From the NCBI GenBank assembly GCA_051294905.1, contig CM119384.1, forward strand, positions 24,242,001 through 24,306,000: 64,000 nt of DNA, given 5' to 3'. Position 1 is the first letter of the stretch. Each line of letters starts with the position of its first letter. A model generated the notes under the pieces. The model saw only the letters and a list, made by a program, of their open reading frames with translations. It was not told the DNA's origin and did no database searches. Shown here piece by piece: positions 62,643 to 64,000 of the stretch. This stretch comes from Botryllus schlosseri. Taxonomy: Eukaryota. The translations under genes and the position numbers were made by a program.

Positions 62643-62691
62643 GCCGATACCGGTATTCTTGTTGCCTGATCGCTGGTTGTTAACTTGAAGA

Positions 62692-62706
62692 CTGGTGTGC
62701 TCGCCA
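62692..62706 (-). promoter_or_regulatory. Primer-binding site TGGCGAGC..., probably tRNA-Arg
   Basis: 2 nt downstream of the 5' LTR; 8-nt match to the tRNA-Arg(ACG) 3' end as recalled. Confidence 0.7.
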
Positions 62707-62708
62707 AT

Positions 62709-62929
62709 TGTAACGGTGTCGCTACTAGTTCTTTATACTCTTCAAGTGTAACTCAGTTCACAGCACAGCCAGACAGATACCGTAGCAGTTATATTGACGA
62801 CAGTAGAAAGCGTGTACCACCCAGACACAGACACAAAACAGAATATTCTAGAAGGTTGCGGTTATCTCCCGCGAGCGCATTGTCTACAGGCGTGACGTCA
62901 TCAGTCGCCATAGATGGCGGCCCGTCACA
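62709..62929 (-). repeat. Gypsy 5' LTR
   Basis: Direct repeat of 54308-54528. Confidence 0.95.
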
Positions 62930-64000
62930 TTCGCACGGCGTTGTGCTTCGCGCGAGTATCGGTTCCTAGGGCGTTTACGGCCGGGAGGGCGGCTGCAATC
63001 AGAGGCACGGTCAGTCCAGAGCTCCAGCTCACGTTCAAGGTGCCCGAAAGCCTCGGTGTTATGAGGACATCCTGACACCAAGTCCGCAAGTTCCGAGCGC
63101 AACTCGCGCCGATCGACTTGTGCACGAGGTGCGCTCGGTTCGGGGGAAGGCACGTCGACATCTATTTCGTCGCGTGCATTCACCGAAGGAGACAATCTCG
63201 TCGGGCTTTCACAGCCATCGACAGCTCCGGTAACTTCGGAGCGTTCGACCGCTGTTCCAGCCGTCACAGAACGTGTCTCGTCCGCAAGTGGGCGCGAGGG
63301 AGACACGCTCTGACCGACGGGAGGCGAGTCTACGGTGTTCGGACTCGATCCCGCCGACGATATCTGTTTCAGATCATCGCGTGTGGAGGGGAAGGGACTT
63401 CCCCGGTCCAACCTGGCGAGGAGCTCTTGAGTAGAGCTCGGGCTGCCAGGCAAAGGTGCTTTAAACAATTCCGAAAGCGATGGAATGGGGATCGGTGAAG
63501 AGACAGGGTTCAAACGACTCTTCACTAACGTTTGGGGTGGGGAGGGAGTAAAATCCCTTGGGGGGGAAACCACAATTTTTGGGGGTGTGGTACGTCGGCC
63601 TAGGGACTGTCTGCTATCCCCGGCTATCCGAAGTCAGGCACGGGCGGCAGGTAAGGCCTCAGTGACTGGCCTACGGGCCGGGAATCGGCTGATAAGGATA
63701 GGGGAAGGGGTTCGGGGCGCAGAGGAATTTGGTGACGTCACGACTGTTGGCGAGTCGCGCGGCCCAGAGGATGTAGCAGAAGACACGGAGCTGTTACTAC
63801 TAGAAGAGGGATAGAATCTCATGGACTTTATTTTAGTTTTGGAATTTTTAGAAGAATTGACAGAGCGTCGAGATTTATTCGAAATCCGTGACCAAGGCCT
63901 AGATGACACGGTTACCAAGGAGGTGGTATCCGACGAGAGTGAAAGATTGGCCACGGATAGGGTCCGGTATAGTACCGGGAAAAGAAGTAGGAGAGTTTTC
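62930..64000 (-). mobile_element. Utopia copy 2, upstream segment; continues beyond the window
   Basis: Collinear with ~15305-16380. Confidence 0.95.

Larger units (their letters stand above)
54308..62929 (-). mobile_element. Gypsy/Ty3 LTR retrotransposon with nested hATs
   Basis: 221-bp LTRs, TG..CA ends, TTCG 4-bp TSD, PBS, PPT, gag-RT-RNaseH-IN order. Confidence 0.96.

Noticed and set aside
133-63954. Numerous 60-270-aa ORFs antisense to, or overlapping, TE coding regions
   Set aside because: They are shadow ORFs of biased TE codon usage and show no independent motifs.

Overview
Eukaryotic (animal), almost entirely transposon-derived DNA with no conventional host protein gene. It holds four Tx1/L1-type LINEs (E1, E2, E3 on minus; E4 on plus, split by a 13.8-kb CACTA element), two copies of a NeSL/Utopia-type RLE non-LTR retrotransposon, one Gypsy LTR element, two CACTA/EnSpm-type elements and many hAT elements and MITEs, nested up to five deep. 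The first Utopia copy sits inside a U2 snRNA gene: the U2 5' 33 nt lie at 18150-18182 and the structurally intact U2 3' part at 11868-12020. The second Utopia copy is fused to a homologous U2 3' flank. Two observations stand out. (1) The 24-mer ATTGGAGTATTTGGTTGTATTAAG, which I recall as the spliced leader (SL) of stolidobranch ascidians (Halocynthia/Botryllus; needs confirming), occurs four times (24/24, 23/24, 21/24, 19/24). Each copy is followed by GT and sits on the sense strand at the 5' junction or in a UTR of a Tx1 element, suggesting LINEs that exploit SL trans-splicing. (2) The Utopia 5' leader appears to be a collinear, degenerate full-length U2 snRNA rather than a simple 33-nt flank. 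All assignments come from reading the sequence by eye; no searches or folding programs were run.
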